Origin: Rebecca billardiae RCC1528
Taxonomy: Eukaryota > Protista > Haptophyta
Assembly (NCBI GenBank): GCA_965240325.2
Contig: OZ251247.1
Coordinates: 1-64,000, forward strand
Direction of reading: 5' to 3'
DNA: 64,000 nucleotides
Shown here: one piece after another, positions 45,390 through 57,456 of the stretch
How the letters are laid out: each line of letters opens with the position of its first letter
How positions within the stretch are numbered: position 1 is the stretch's first letter
Notes under the pieces: generated by a model
What the model was told of the DNA's origin: nothing
Seen by the model: only the letters and a program-made list of their open reading frames with translations
The model's database searches: none
Translations under genes and position numbers: made by a program

Positions 45390-47290
45390 GCTCACCTGTC
45401 CAACCCACCCCGATCTTGGATTAGATGCATCGCTCGTCGCTAAGTTGCGCCGCTTGGGCTCGTGCGAGCCGCCCGCAGCCGACGGCCGCGGGCCCGGCCG
45501 GTCGTCAGCTGCTTTTGACAGGCTCAGGCGGCTCGCGGAAGCGCCGCTGCTGCTACAGCCGGCGTGGGGCGAGGCCTCCGCCGCTCAGGCTGCGCTCACC
45601 CGTCCAACCCACCCCGATCTTGGATTAGATGCATCGCTCGTCGCTAAGTTGCGCCGCTTGGGCTCGTGCGAGCCGCCCGCAGCCGACGGCCGCGGGCCCG
45701 GCCGGTCGTCAGCTGCTTTTGACAGGCTCAGGTGGCTCGCGGAAGCGCCGCTGCTGCTACAGCCAGCCTGGGGCGAGGCCTCCACCACTCAGGCTGGGCT
45801 CACCCGTCCAACCCACCCCGATCTTGGATTAGATGCATCGCTCGTCGCTAAGTTCCGCCGCTTCGCCACGTGCCAGCAGCCCGCAGCCGACGGCCGCGGG
45901 CCCGGCCGGTCGTCAGCTGCTTTTGACAGGCTCAGGCGGCTCGCGGAAGCGCCGCTGCTGCTCCAGCCGGCTTGAGACGGGGCCTCCGCCGCTCAGGCTG
46001 CGCTCACAGGTCCAACCCACCCCGATCTTGGATTAGATGCCTCGCTCGTCGCTAAGTTGCGCCGCTTGGGCTCGTGCGAGCCGCCCGCAGCCGACGGCCG
46101 CGGGCCCGGCCGGTCGTCAAGGGCTTCTGGCCGACTCCGGCGGCTCTCAGAATCGCCGCTGCTGCTCCATCCGGCTTGAGACGGGGCCTCCGCCGCTCAG
46201 GCTGCGCTCACCCGCCCAACCCACCCCGATCTTGGATTAGATGCATCGCTCGTCGCTAAGTTGCGCCGCTTGGGCTCGTGCGAGCCGCCCGCAGCCGACG
46301 GCCGCGGGCCCGGCGGGTCGTCAGCTGCTTTTGACAGGCTGAGGCGGCTCGCGGAAGCGCCGCTGCTGCTACAGCCAGCCTGGGGCGAGGCCTCCGCCAC
46401 TCAGGCTGCGCTCACCCGTCCAACCCACCCCGATCTTGGATTAGATGCATCGCTCGTCGCTAAGTTGCGCCGCTTCGCCACGTGCGAGCCGCCCGCAGCC
46501 GACGGCCGCGGGCCCGGCGGGTCGTCAGCTGCTTTTGACAGGCTCAGGCGGCTCGCGGACGCGCCGCTGCTGCTACAGCCAGCCTGGGGCGAGGCCTCCG
46601 CCGCTCAGGCTGCGCTCACCCGTCCAACCCACCCCGATCTTGGATTAGATGCATCGCTCGTCTCTAAGTTGCGCCGCTTGGGCTCGTGCGAGCCGCCCGC
46701 AGCCGACGGCCGCGGGCCCGGCGGGTCGTCAGCTGCTCCTTGACTGACTCCGGCGGCTCGCGGAAGCGCCGCTGCTGCTCCAGCCGGCTTGAGACGGGGC
46801 CTCCGCCGCTCGGGCTGCGCTCAGCCGTCCAACCCACCCCGATCTTGGATTAGATGCATCGCTCGTCGCTAAGTTGCGCCGCTTGGGCTCGTGCGAGCCG
46901 CCCGCAGCCGACGGCCGCGGGCCCGGCGGGTCGTCAGCTGCTCCTTGACTGACTCCGGCGGCTCGCGGAAGCGCCGCTGCTGCTACAGCCGGCCTGGGGC
47001 GAGGCCTCCGCCACTCAGGCTGCGCTCACCCGTCCAACCCACCCCGATCTTGGATTAGATGCCTCGCTCGTCGCTAAGTTGCGCCGCTTGGGCTCGTGCG
47101 AGCCGCCCGCAGCCGACGGCCGCGGGCCCGGCCGGTCGTCAGCTGCTTCTGACAGGCTGAGGCGGCTCGCGGAAGCAACGCTGCTGCTACAGCCGGCGTG
47201 CGGCGAGGCCTCCGCCGCTCGGGCTGCGCTCACCCGTCCAACCCACCCTGATCGTGGATTACATGCATCGCTCGTCGCTAAGTTGCGCCG
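45390..47290. repeat. Subtelomeric satellite, 204-bp unit, ~9.3 copies
   Basis: CCAACCCACCCCGATCTTGGATTAGATGC recurs every 204 bp (about 45400, 45604, 45808 and onward). Confidence 0.96.
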
Positions 47291-48879
47291 CGGGGCCGCG
47301 TGCTAGCGCTGGCCGCTGGCCCGCCTGCCTACCACGGCCGGAGCCACCACGCCTGGCGTCGTGCTGCCCACGCTCTGGGCATTGCGCTCTTGCCACCACC
47401 TGCGAGCCTGGAGCAGAGCAGCCGCCCGCTCGCCCACACGCTGGTTTTGCGAGCACGCGCGCGCGTGCGCACGCCGCCCGCCCGTCCGCGGCGCGCGGCG
47501 CGCGCGCGCGACGGGCGAGTGCCCCCCCCCCCCCCCCCCCACTGGGCCGTCGCGCGTGGCAACATGCGCGCGGCGCCCCTGGCCGGCGTGGCAGCCAGCG
47601 CGCGCGCGCGCGTGCACGCCACTGGCCGTCTGCGTGTGACAGTGTGCTCCGCGCCAGCCCGCGGTGCGCCGGCCGCGCGCCGGCCCGCTTCACGCGCGGC
47701 CGCAACACGCGAACGCGACGCCTGCCGACCGCGAGCCGTCGCCGCGGCCGCGCCTTCGCAACTGCAGCGTGCGCGCCAGCACGCGATGAGCTGGACACCA
47801 CGCATACCGCTGCACGCCGCGTGCCCGCCGCGCAGCGCGCCCTCGCGCCCTCTTGCCGCGCCCGTCGCTGCGGCGAGGCGACGTGCTCGTGCGCCCGTGC
47901 GGCCGTCGGCCATCTTGGCGAGAAACTAAGAACCCAAATGGGGCGTCGCGAAATGCGCGGCCTGGAAAAGGCGTCGAGCAGGCGGACGATGGCGGCGCCG
48001 CCTCGACAGCGGGGCGAGGCTGCATGCGCCATCGCCCCTTCCTGCGATGCCAGGTCGACCGCGCGCGCCGTCGCGCGGGCACGAAGGCCTGCGCACGCAC
48101 ACACCGCCCGCGGCGCCCGGTGCGCACCCGCCCGCGCCACCGCGCCCAACGCACGCGCCGCGCGCCGGGCACGACCGCACGCCCATCGAGCAGTGCGCAC
48201 GCTGACGAGGAGAGAGCGTGCTGCGCGCGAGCGCGCGCACGCGGCCCCGCGCAGTGGCGCGGGAGCGGCGCAGCCACTCCATCGCACACTCCTGCGCCCG
48301 CCGCCCGCCCGCCAAGGGCGCCGCGCCGAGCGCGCGCGCGCGCACGCGACAGCCCGCACCGGTCCGCCAGCCGCCGCGGCCGTCGAGCATGGCAACGCAC
48401 GAGCGGTGCATCCGGCCGGTGCGGCAGGCAGCGCGGGCGTGGGCGCGCGTGGGTCGGCCCATCTCGGTGTAACGCGCCAGTGCCGCGCGCCAACCCCTCG
48501 CTTCACATGCGCCGAGCGTGACGCCAGTCGACCGCCAGCACCTGCGCAAGGGCAGCAAGGGCGTATGCTGGGCATTCCTCAGCTGCTGCTCACCGGAGCC
48601 AGAGAAGACGAGGTGGACGATGGGGGCCCGGCGCGAAGGCAGCTTCGACCGGTGCGAGGCGCTGGGTCGGCAAACCCGTGCGCAGCGCTCACGTGTGGCC
48701 GTTTGGCGGCCCGGCGCGCCTCCGGGTGCTGTCGGACCGGCTCGGGAGGCGATTGAGGCAGCGGATCAGCGCTACCGGGCCGTACGTGCGCGGCGCACTT
48801 GGACGAGACCCCGAGTGAGTGGCAACCGCGAGGGCACTCCCAAAGACCAGCGTGGTGGCCCGCCACAATGTGAGATCCG

Positions 48880-50290
48880 CTGCTGACGACTGGAGCCGCG
48901 GCGGGCAGGGCCGCGGCAGTGCGGCGCATGGCAGGCCGAGCGGGTACGGTGGCCCTCAGCGACGGACCCAGAGCCAGTACACGGGGCATCGGCCGACGTG
49001 GCCGGCCGCAGAGACCCCCGGGCGAGCCGCAACCGCGAGGACACTCCCAATTACCGGCCTGATGGGCCGCCACAGCGTGCGCGTCGCGGCTGGTTGGAGC
49101 CGCGCCCGCGGGCGCCGAGCTAGTCAGACTCAGTGGCACACGGCGGGCAGAGCTGGTGCGGTGGCCCTCAGCGACGGCCCCAGAGCCAGTACGTGGGGCA
49201 TCGGCCGACGTGACCGGCCGCAGAGACCCCCGGGCGAGCCGCAACCGCGAGGACACTCCCAATTACCGGCCTGGTGGGCCGCCACAGCGTGGCGCTTCAC
49301 GGCTGGTTGGAGCCGCGCCTGAAGTGACTGACGCGGGCGGGCGGCGCCGCGCCAGTGGCACACGGCAGGCCGAGCGGGTACCGTGGCCCTCAGCGGCGGA
49401 CCCAGAGGCCGTACGCGGTGCATCGGCCGACGTGAACGTCCGCAGTGCTTCGGCGCGTGCCGTCAGCCGACGCCCCCAGCGCCCGCGCGTCGGCCGCAGC
49501 ACTCAGCCGCGCCCCGTGCATGTGGCAGTTGGGCTGGCGGGCAAGGTGTGCACGCTGGGGCGCGCCTCTGAGGGGCCTGACGCCACGCCCCACCTGTCAG
49601 CCTCGGTCTACCGGCAGTATAGAGCGGCACTGCACCACCGCTTGCTTCGGGGCGCGCCCTCAGCCGACGCCCTCTGAGCGCCTGCGCGTCGGCGCAGAGC
49701 TCGGCCGCGACTGACGCCTCCGAGTCGTGGCAGTTGTGACGGCGGGCAAGATGTGCACGCTGGGGCGCGCCCCTGAGGGGCCTGACGCCACGCCCCGCGG
49801 GTCATACTTGGTCAACCGGTGGTACAGAGTGGCACTGCACAGCCGCGCTTGCTTCGGGGCGCGCTCTCAGCCGACGCCCCCAGCGCCCGCGCCTAGGTCG
49901 GCGGTCGAACTACAGCCGGGTGCTGGCGAGCGGCTGAGCGGCTGGTGACGCGCGCTGGCGGCCGATCGGGTGCCGCGCGATCGGGCGGCGGCCCGGGGCG
50001 TCCACCGCACGACCCGTGGGCGGCGTGGGCCGCCCTCCGCCCGCCGGTGGGGCCGACGTGGCGCGCCGCCGCGGCGGTCAGGCTGCAACCGCCGGCGGTC
50101 GGGCCGCACCCGTGTGCTGGCGAGCGGCTGAGCAGCCGGGTGATGCGCTCTGGCGGCCGATCGAGGGCCACGCCATCGGACGGCGGCCCGGGGCGTCCAC
50201 CGCACGACCCGTGGGCGGCGTGGGCCGCCCTCCGCCCGCCGGTGGGGCCGACGTTGCGCGCCGCCGCGGCCCGCCGAGCGCCCGGCTCGA
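48880..50290. repeat. Cluster of short degenerate tandem duplications (~195-235 bp units, 2-3 copies each)
   Basis: GTGGCCCTCAGCG recurs near 48949, 49161 and 49383. TGCACGCTGGGGCGCGCC recurs near 49549 and 49754. GCGTCCACCGCACGACCCGTGGGCGG recurs near 49998 and 50192. Confidence 0.75.
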
Positions 50291-52059
50291 CGGCGCCGAG
50301 CGCCGCGTCGCCGCGACGTGCGGCCAGCGCGCTCAGCCAGCCGCGCGCGAACGCCGCCGTCGGCTGCGCGCACGGCACTTGACGAAACAAGATTGGCAAA
50401 GTTTGGCCTGCACGCGCGTCGCGGGTCGCGGGAGCACCCGCGACGAAGCTGACCAATAATGGTCGATCGCTAACGAGTAACGACGGCTGCGAACCGGCGC
50501 TGATCAATATGTATCAGTACGCGTACCCCTCCAACTGTTCCGAGGGTACCACTAATCAGCGCGGTTACTCCTATGCCGCATGATCCGCCGAGGAGGAACG
50601 GCGAAACACACGCGGACGCCACGTCGTTGCAGGGGGCCGCGCTCAGCACCGCGCCGAAGCAGGCCGACGCGCTGCTCGAACCTAGGCGCCATGTGCACCA
50701 CGCGGCGCCACGTGCTCGGCGGGCACGCCCGGCCGGCCGTGTGCGCACGCACCTCGAGCGTCCAGTCGCGCGGTGCGCAAGTAGCTTCTGCGCGGACGCG
50801 CGGACGGCGGCGCGCCGTCGGCGGCGGAGGGAGCTTGGCGCCGCGCGCGGCGCCGCGCGCACGGGCGCCGGCAGGAGCTGCGCCCGCTCGGCGCGGCGCG
50901 GCGCGGCGCGGCGCCTCCGCCGCGCGCGCCCTCGGCGCGCTAACCTAGCCCGGCGCTCGCTCGCACGCGGTCCGCGGGTCTGCACGCGGCGGCTGATCGT
51001 ACGTTCAGAATAATATTGGTCGGGCCGGTCGAAGCGCGAGGTTCGATCGCAGGAGCGGGCGCTCGTGGCCCGCCGGAGCGAGCACAGCGGCGGCGCGCGG
51101 CCGCTGCCCTCAGCCCGTGGCCCCTGCTCGGCAGCTGGGCGCGGCAGCGGGCGCACCCCACCCCGGCCTCGCGCGAGAGCAGCGGCGATGCGTTGGGGTG
51201 CGCGGCGGTGCGTTGCGCCGCGGAGTGGGCGCGTTGGCCGCTCCGGGCCCGCACCGGGCGCACGCACCGGGCAAGCACTCGAACGCACTCGAGCCGGCGC
51301 GAGCTTCGACGCGCGGCCGCAGCCGGCACATCACAGGGGGCAAGCGCACAAGTCCGCCGGCGCGGCGTGCGCGCGAGCAGCGCTGCATTCAGCAGTTGCC
51401 GCCCACCGGGGTCAGGTTGGACGAGGTGAAAGATGGGGGGGGGGGCGGGGCGGGGGCAGCTTCAAACGGTGCGAGGCGCTCGGACGGCAGTGGAGTGCCA
51501 TGCGCGCGTCGCCCCCGGCGCGCGGCCGCGCCGCCGTCCGACGCCCAACGCAGCCTCGGAGAGCCGCCACGCCGCGCAGCGGCATGCGCGTCGCAGAGCG
51601 TGCGTGCAGTCGCGGGCAAGAGGAAAGTCCAAGCGCGCAGCACGCACCCCGCGCGAAACCGCAGTGCGCAGGCTGCTGCTCGTCGGCGCGAGCCTCGCCT
51701 GCCAGGCCGCTGCGGCCCGAGCCGCGACGCCCGGCGGTCGCGAGCCGCCACGCGGCGCGCAGCTACGCCTGCGCCGAGGCAGTGAGCGCGCACGCGCGCG
51801 TAGCGGACGAGGAGCACGCATACGCGCGTGCGCGCGTGGCTGACCCGCCGGCACCTCCCGCCGTTGCGCCCGTCTGCAAAGCGAGACCCACCCCGCGGAG
51901 AACTCGGGCTGCCATGCTGATTCGCGAACAAGCGACGGAATTCGGGAGGCGCGAGGGAAAAAAGCACCGCCCGACGACCCACGCAAAAAAAAAACCAGCC
52001 CTCTGCAAGCATGGCGGCGCTCGTTCCGCCTCGGCGTTCGCGGGGTCAAGACTCAAGGC

Positions 52060-55000
52060 GGACGTCGTGCTGTCCGGCGCGCACGCACGCCGACTCGGCG
52101 CGACTCAGCGGTGCGAGAGAGGGGCCACGCGCCGCCGAGCACCATGCGCTCGGTGCACCCCCTCCGGCTCGCACCGCCCCACCCGTAGCCCTTGCGACTG
52201 CGCCCCCGGCGCGAGCGCACTGCCCGCTCGCTCGGCCCGCGCTGAAAGCAAACGCTGCCGGGTGCGCGCGGCCGCGCGAGCGCACGGCCGAGCGGCCGAG
52301 CGCGCTTGCTGGGGGGATGCACTCGCGTCGCCGCCACTCGCACGCACGACGCCGCGCAGTGTGTGGTGCCCGCCAGCCACGCGTGAACAGCTGCCAAGTC
52401 TGCGCGCAGAACGGCGCGCGCTTGGCGGTTGAAAATAAAGGCTGCGCGACTCCTGCTCGCCACCGACGACCCGCGGTGATCATGCGCGCCGGAGTGTGCG
52501 CTCGTCTCGACCGCCACGCACCACGGCAAGGGACGGCAGCTCCCTCGAAGCGAGGCGCGTGCGCGGGCGTGCGCAGCGCGGCCGTTTATGATGGTGCGCA
52601 CTGGAGGCAGCTCGGACGAGGTGGACGATGGGGGCGCGGGGCCGGGGGCGGGCTGGGCCGGTGTGTTGCGCCAGCCACGACCGCTGCTCGCCACCGCGAT
52701 GATCGCGCTCGACCGTGCTTCGACAGTGCTCGTCTCCGGGCCGCCGCGGCAAGGCGCGCCCGCTCCATCGACGCGAGGCGTGACGGCCGTGCACAGATGA
52801 GCTGGCGCTCACGCGCGATGAGGAGTTCCCTGATGCTTGCCGCTCACTACGCGGCCCACCGGGCGCAGGCTTGACGAAGAGTAAGATGGGGGGCCGGGGC
52901 GGGGGCAGCTTCGACCGGTGCGAGGCGCTGAGCCGGCTGCGGCGCTCCACGCCCGCAGTAACACTCCCGTGCGCGGCGGCAAAATCAGATTGAGACTGCA
53001 AACGGCGGCGGCGGGCGCGGGCGCGGGCGACTGCTGCTTGACTAGACGATGCGCCCGCCGCAGCCAAGGCCCGCCGAGAGACGCCCGCCATCGCCGCCTG
53101 CCCGCCCAGACCGCCCGGCGCGGCTGTCGGACGGCCCGCGCCGCGCGGCGCGTGACGGGCAGGCCGGACGGACGTAAGTGGCAGACGGGGGGCGGGGGCG
53201 GGGGCGGAGGCCGCCTTGGGCTGGAGCGAGGCGCAGCGGCGAATACAGCGCTGCACGCACGTACTCGCCGGCGCGCGGCGGCGCCGTCCGACGCGGCTAG
53301 CGCCCATCGGCGCCGCGGGATGCAGACTGCATCCGCCATGCTGACTCGCGTGGTCGCCATGCTGCCGGGATTTCCTCATTTCCAGCGATCGGGACCCGGA
53401 AGCCAGCATAAAGACTGGCCGCTTCGGCGGCTCTCTCATAGCTTGTTCCTGACTGCGCCAGGTCCGAGTGGTCGCCTACCGTGAAATCGACGCAAAAAAA
53501 GATCTTCGCGCATTTGCGGAAACGCGGGGCCCCGGCCGCCCGTCAGGCTGGCGTGCGCCGCTGGCGAAACGCAGTGGGGCTTGACCACTCGGACCTTCGG
53601 TCGTCAGACAGGAGGTCGTCTACCGCCCGCGCGCCGCGGCCTCGCACGGCGCGGAGAGGCCGATCCAGGGGGAGACAGCCGGTTGGGCGCGGTCTACCCT
53701 GACTCCCTCGAGGCGCCCACAGCGCCGAACGACCCTGCACGGCTCACCTCGCCGCGCACGAGCGCGTTCAAAACGGCCTCCATCGAGGCTCTCTGCTGCG
53801 GCCAGTCTTTATGGCGGCGCTCCATCCCCGCCGTCCGCCAAGAGGGCGGCTTGTCGCGCGCGCCGGCGCAGTGGTGCGCGAGTGGATCCGCGCGCCGTGG
53901 GGGCACGCGCCCAGAGTGCGGATCGGCCAGCTCACCGCGCCCCACGCGCGCCCACGCGCGGCCATCGCGGCGGCGCGAGCGCACTGCCAGCCAACCTTGC
54001 TCGGCCGCGCTGCCACGCACACGCTGCCGGCTGCGCGCGGCCGCGCGCGCGAGCGGTCGAGCGCGCGTGCCGGGAGGATGCATTCGTGTCTCCGCCAATC
54101 GCACGCACGACGCCGCGCAGTGCGCGATGCCAGCCAGCAACGCGCGAACTGCCGCCAGGTGTGCGCGCAGCGCTCGGCCACGCGCTTGGCTGTTCAACGT
54201 AAAGGCTGTGCGACTCCTGCCCGCCACCGCCGACCGGTGGTGATCGCGCCAGAGTGTGCGCTCGCCTCGACCGCCACGCACCATGGCGAGGGACGGCCGC
54301 TCGCCCTCGGAGCGAGGCGCGTGCGCGAGCGGCGTGCGCGGCGCAGCCGTGATGGCGCGCACGGGTGGAGGATGGGGGCGCGGGGGCGGGGGCGGGCTGG
54401 GCAGGCGTGTTGCGCCAGCCACGACCGCTGCTCGCCGCCGCGATGGTCGCGCTCGGCAGTGCTTCGACAGTGCTCGTCTCGGCCGCCGCGGCAAGGCGCG
54501 CCCGCTCCTTCGACGTGAGGCGCGCGCTCGACCAGCTGCACAGCAGTGGGACGGCTGTGCGCCGAGAGCGGGCGCTCACGCGCAATGAAGAGCGCCCTGA
54601 TGCTTGTCGCTCACTACGCGGCCCACCAGGCGCAGGCTTGACGGAGGGTAAGATGGGGGGCCGGGGCGGGGGCAGCTTCGACCGGTGCGAGGCGCTGGGC
54701 CGGCTGCTGCGCTCCACATCAGCAGCGCCCGGCCGCGCGGCCCGCCTCTCCGGCGCGGCCCAGCCAGCAGCAGCAGCACCCAGCAGGCGCCGCCGCGCGC
54801 GCCGCGCGATCTGCTCGGGCGCGGCAGCCTCGGTGCCGCAGGAGCGTGCACGGCGGGGCGAGGGCTCACGCGACAAGTTCCACCGCGCAAGAGCCATGCA
54901 ATCGGCAGCCGTGACGCGCCGCTCGGCGCGGCCGCGCTCCCGCCTTGACTGGGCCGCCCTTGCTGCACGCTGGGATGCCCTCGCTGGCGTGGCCCGTTCA

Positions 55001-56290
55001 CCCACCAATTCGGCCGTCCAAGTGGCCCAATCGCCCGCACACAACCATACCGCGCTGCGCCACGCTTGGCGCAACAGCACCTAGCCGGCCAGAAAGGCAG
55101 AAGCCAGCGGCAGTTGCAGACTGGTCGGCTGGACACACGACTAGTGCAGGCAGCAGCGACTGAGACTCCACATGGCGGCGGCGGGCGCGGGCGCGGGTGA
55201 CGGCTGCCGACGAGATGGCGCTCGCGATGTATCGACGGCTCGCCTGTGGACGCCCAGCATCGCGGATCCCCCGCCCGAACCGCCGGGCGCAGCTGTTGGA
55301 GAGCCCACTGCGCGGCTAGCCGGAGGCAGGTCGGACGACGAGTGGGGCGGGGGCGGAGGCCGCCTTGGGCTGGTGCAAGGCGCAGGGGCGGAGACGGCGC
55401 TCCACGTGCGTACCTCCAGGAGCACGACCGCCCCGTCCAACGCGGGCTCGCGCCCATCGCGCCGCGGGATGCAGACTCGTCCCCGCGTGGGGAGAGGCCA
55501 TGCTGAATTCGCGCGCTGCCGCGACCAACGGTCGTCGGTGGCGTCGCGAAAAAAAGATTGACCAACCGACATTCCAGGCGACGAGAAATCCGGCCTCAAA
55601 GACCAGCATGGCCGCACGCCATCCCCGCCGTCCGCCAAGGTGGCTGTCGTGCGCGTCGCGTGCGCGCGCACGCCGGCGCAGTGGTGCGCGAGGGGATCCA
55701 CGCGCCGTCGAAGCACGCGCCCAGAGCGCCGCTCACAACGTCCCACGCGCTGCCATCGCGACAGTGCGCGGCGGCGCGAGCGCACCGCCAGCCCCTTGCT
55801 CGGCCGCGCTGCCACGCAAACGCAGCCGGCCGCGCGCGGTCGCGCGGGTGCACTGCCGATCGGTCGAGCGCGCGTACTGGGGGGATGCACTCGCGTTTCC
55901 GTCGCTTGCACGACGCCGCACAGTGCGCGGTGCCCGTCAGCAACGCGTGAACAGCTGCCAAGTCTGCGCGCAGAGCTCGGCCGCGGCGTGCGCAGCCGTT
56001 CAACATAGAGACTGTTCTTCTGCTGCTCGCCACTACCGACCCGCGCTGACCGCGCTCGAGTGTGCTCGTCTCGGTCGCCACGTGCACGCGTCCCTGTAAG
56101 GGGTGGCCGCGCCTTCGACGTGAGGCGCGTGCGCGACCAGCGGCATGGCAGCAGCTGCGCGTCGGCGGCTCACACGGCGGTGATGGCGCGCACTGGAGTC
56201 ACATCGGACGAGGTGGAAGATGGGGGCTCGGGGGCGGGGGCAGTCTGGGCCCGTGTGTTGCGCCAGCCACGGCCGCGACGCACTCGCGCC
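52060..56290. repeat. Degenerate tandem repeat, ~1.75-1.8 kb unit, ~2.5 copies
   Basis: Shared anchors GCGCGAGCGCAC near 52210, 53974 and 55774, and CGCCACG(C/T) blocks near 52512, 54272 and 56076. No credible coding frame. Confidence 0.75.
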
Positions 56291-56699
56291 ACGCCGGACG
56301 CCGCGATAGTACGCGTCGTATGCGGTGACTACGGATATATCGATGCATGCTGCTCCGGGCACTTGCGCTGTGCGCAGCTTATATATGCCGTGCAGTGCAG
56401 TGCTCGGCTGGTGGTGGTGCGCAGTCCGCGGGCCTAAGCTCATCGGCAGCGCACTTGTGCTGCGTGCTTGCGTCATCATGGCGTCAGCCCCTCCGATTCT
56501 CGTCACGCGGTCTCAGCTCGGCCACTAGGCCGGGCTGGCCGCGGCGGCGCGCCCCCGCGGACCGCGCGCGGCGAGTCGAGCCCAGACATCTATCACAGGC
56601 GGCACTGGCGGCGATATCGTCGAAGTCCTCGGAAGTACGGAGCGATCGATGAGTAGTCATCGGCACACAGTAAAGAAAGATAATCGATTTTCGGCGTTA

Positions 56700-57142
56700 C
56701 CGTAACCCGCCCGCACTCCGGCGAGGGCGGCTGTGCATCAGTTAGCTAGGCAGCAGAGGCTGCATTCGGAGTCAGTAAGCGGATGCCGCCATCTTACGCG
56801 CCGCTTCGCTGCATCGCCGCACTGAGCAGCAGGGCTCCACGCTCACGAATGGCTCACGACCCGACGAGCTACGTGACCGGCCAGCGGCGCGTGCAACCCG
56901 GCGAGGCAGAGAGGGGCGGAGGGATGGGGAGGCGGCTGGGATTAGTTGCAGTCCCATGATGATGATGATGCGCGCCCGGGGCACTCGCCAGGCGCCTGCG
57001 CGACCGCCACCGTAGCAGCGTCTTCTGTGCGCTCGTGCGGCCCGCGCGCGAGAAATTCCCGCGCCCGCGCCGAACTAATCGGCTGCGTGCCTCTCACTGC
57101 TCTGAGAAGTCGTGTCGGCGCGGACTGTACGGGTTACTACGG
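56700..57142. mobile_element. Possible small TA-flanked MITE
   Basis: TA|CCGTAACCCG...CGGGTTACTACGG|TA; a short imperfect TIR with a 3-bp indel. Confidence 0.3.
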
Positions 57143-57456
57143 TAGCGATAATCCCGTTTATTTTGTTCACTGCGGTGACGCCCGCCGTCGTAGTCATCGC
57201 CGTCGATCGTCGCGCGCGCTGCTGAATCGCTGATCCTGATACGAGACTGTGATCATCCGCGCCTCTGCCGCGCCGCCGGCCTCACGCGCGCGGATGAGTG
57301 AACCACCCGTGCCGGCACTAGCTAGCCGAAGCGGCGCCAGCGAGGGGGCGCTGCTGCTCGGAGCTGGTCGACTGCCCGAGACGCCTCAGCAGACTCGGTC
57401 GTCTACCGGGGGTATAGAGCGGCACTGCTCAGCCGCTTGCTTCGGGCCGCGCGCCC

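Noticed and set aside
45445-46743. ORFs running through the 204-bp satellite
   Set aside because: They are open only because 204 is a multiple of 3 and the DNA is GC-rich. They have non-ATG starts and are interrupted by stops in several units.
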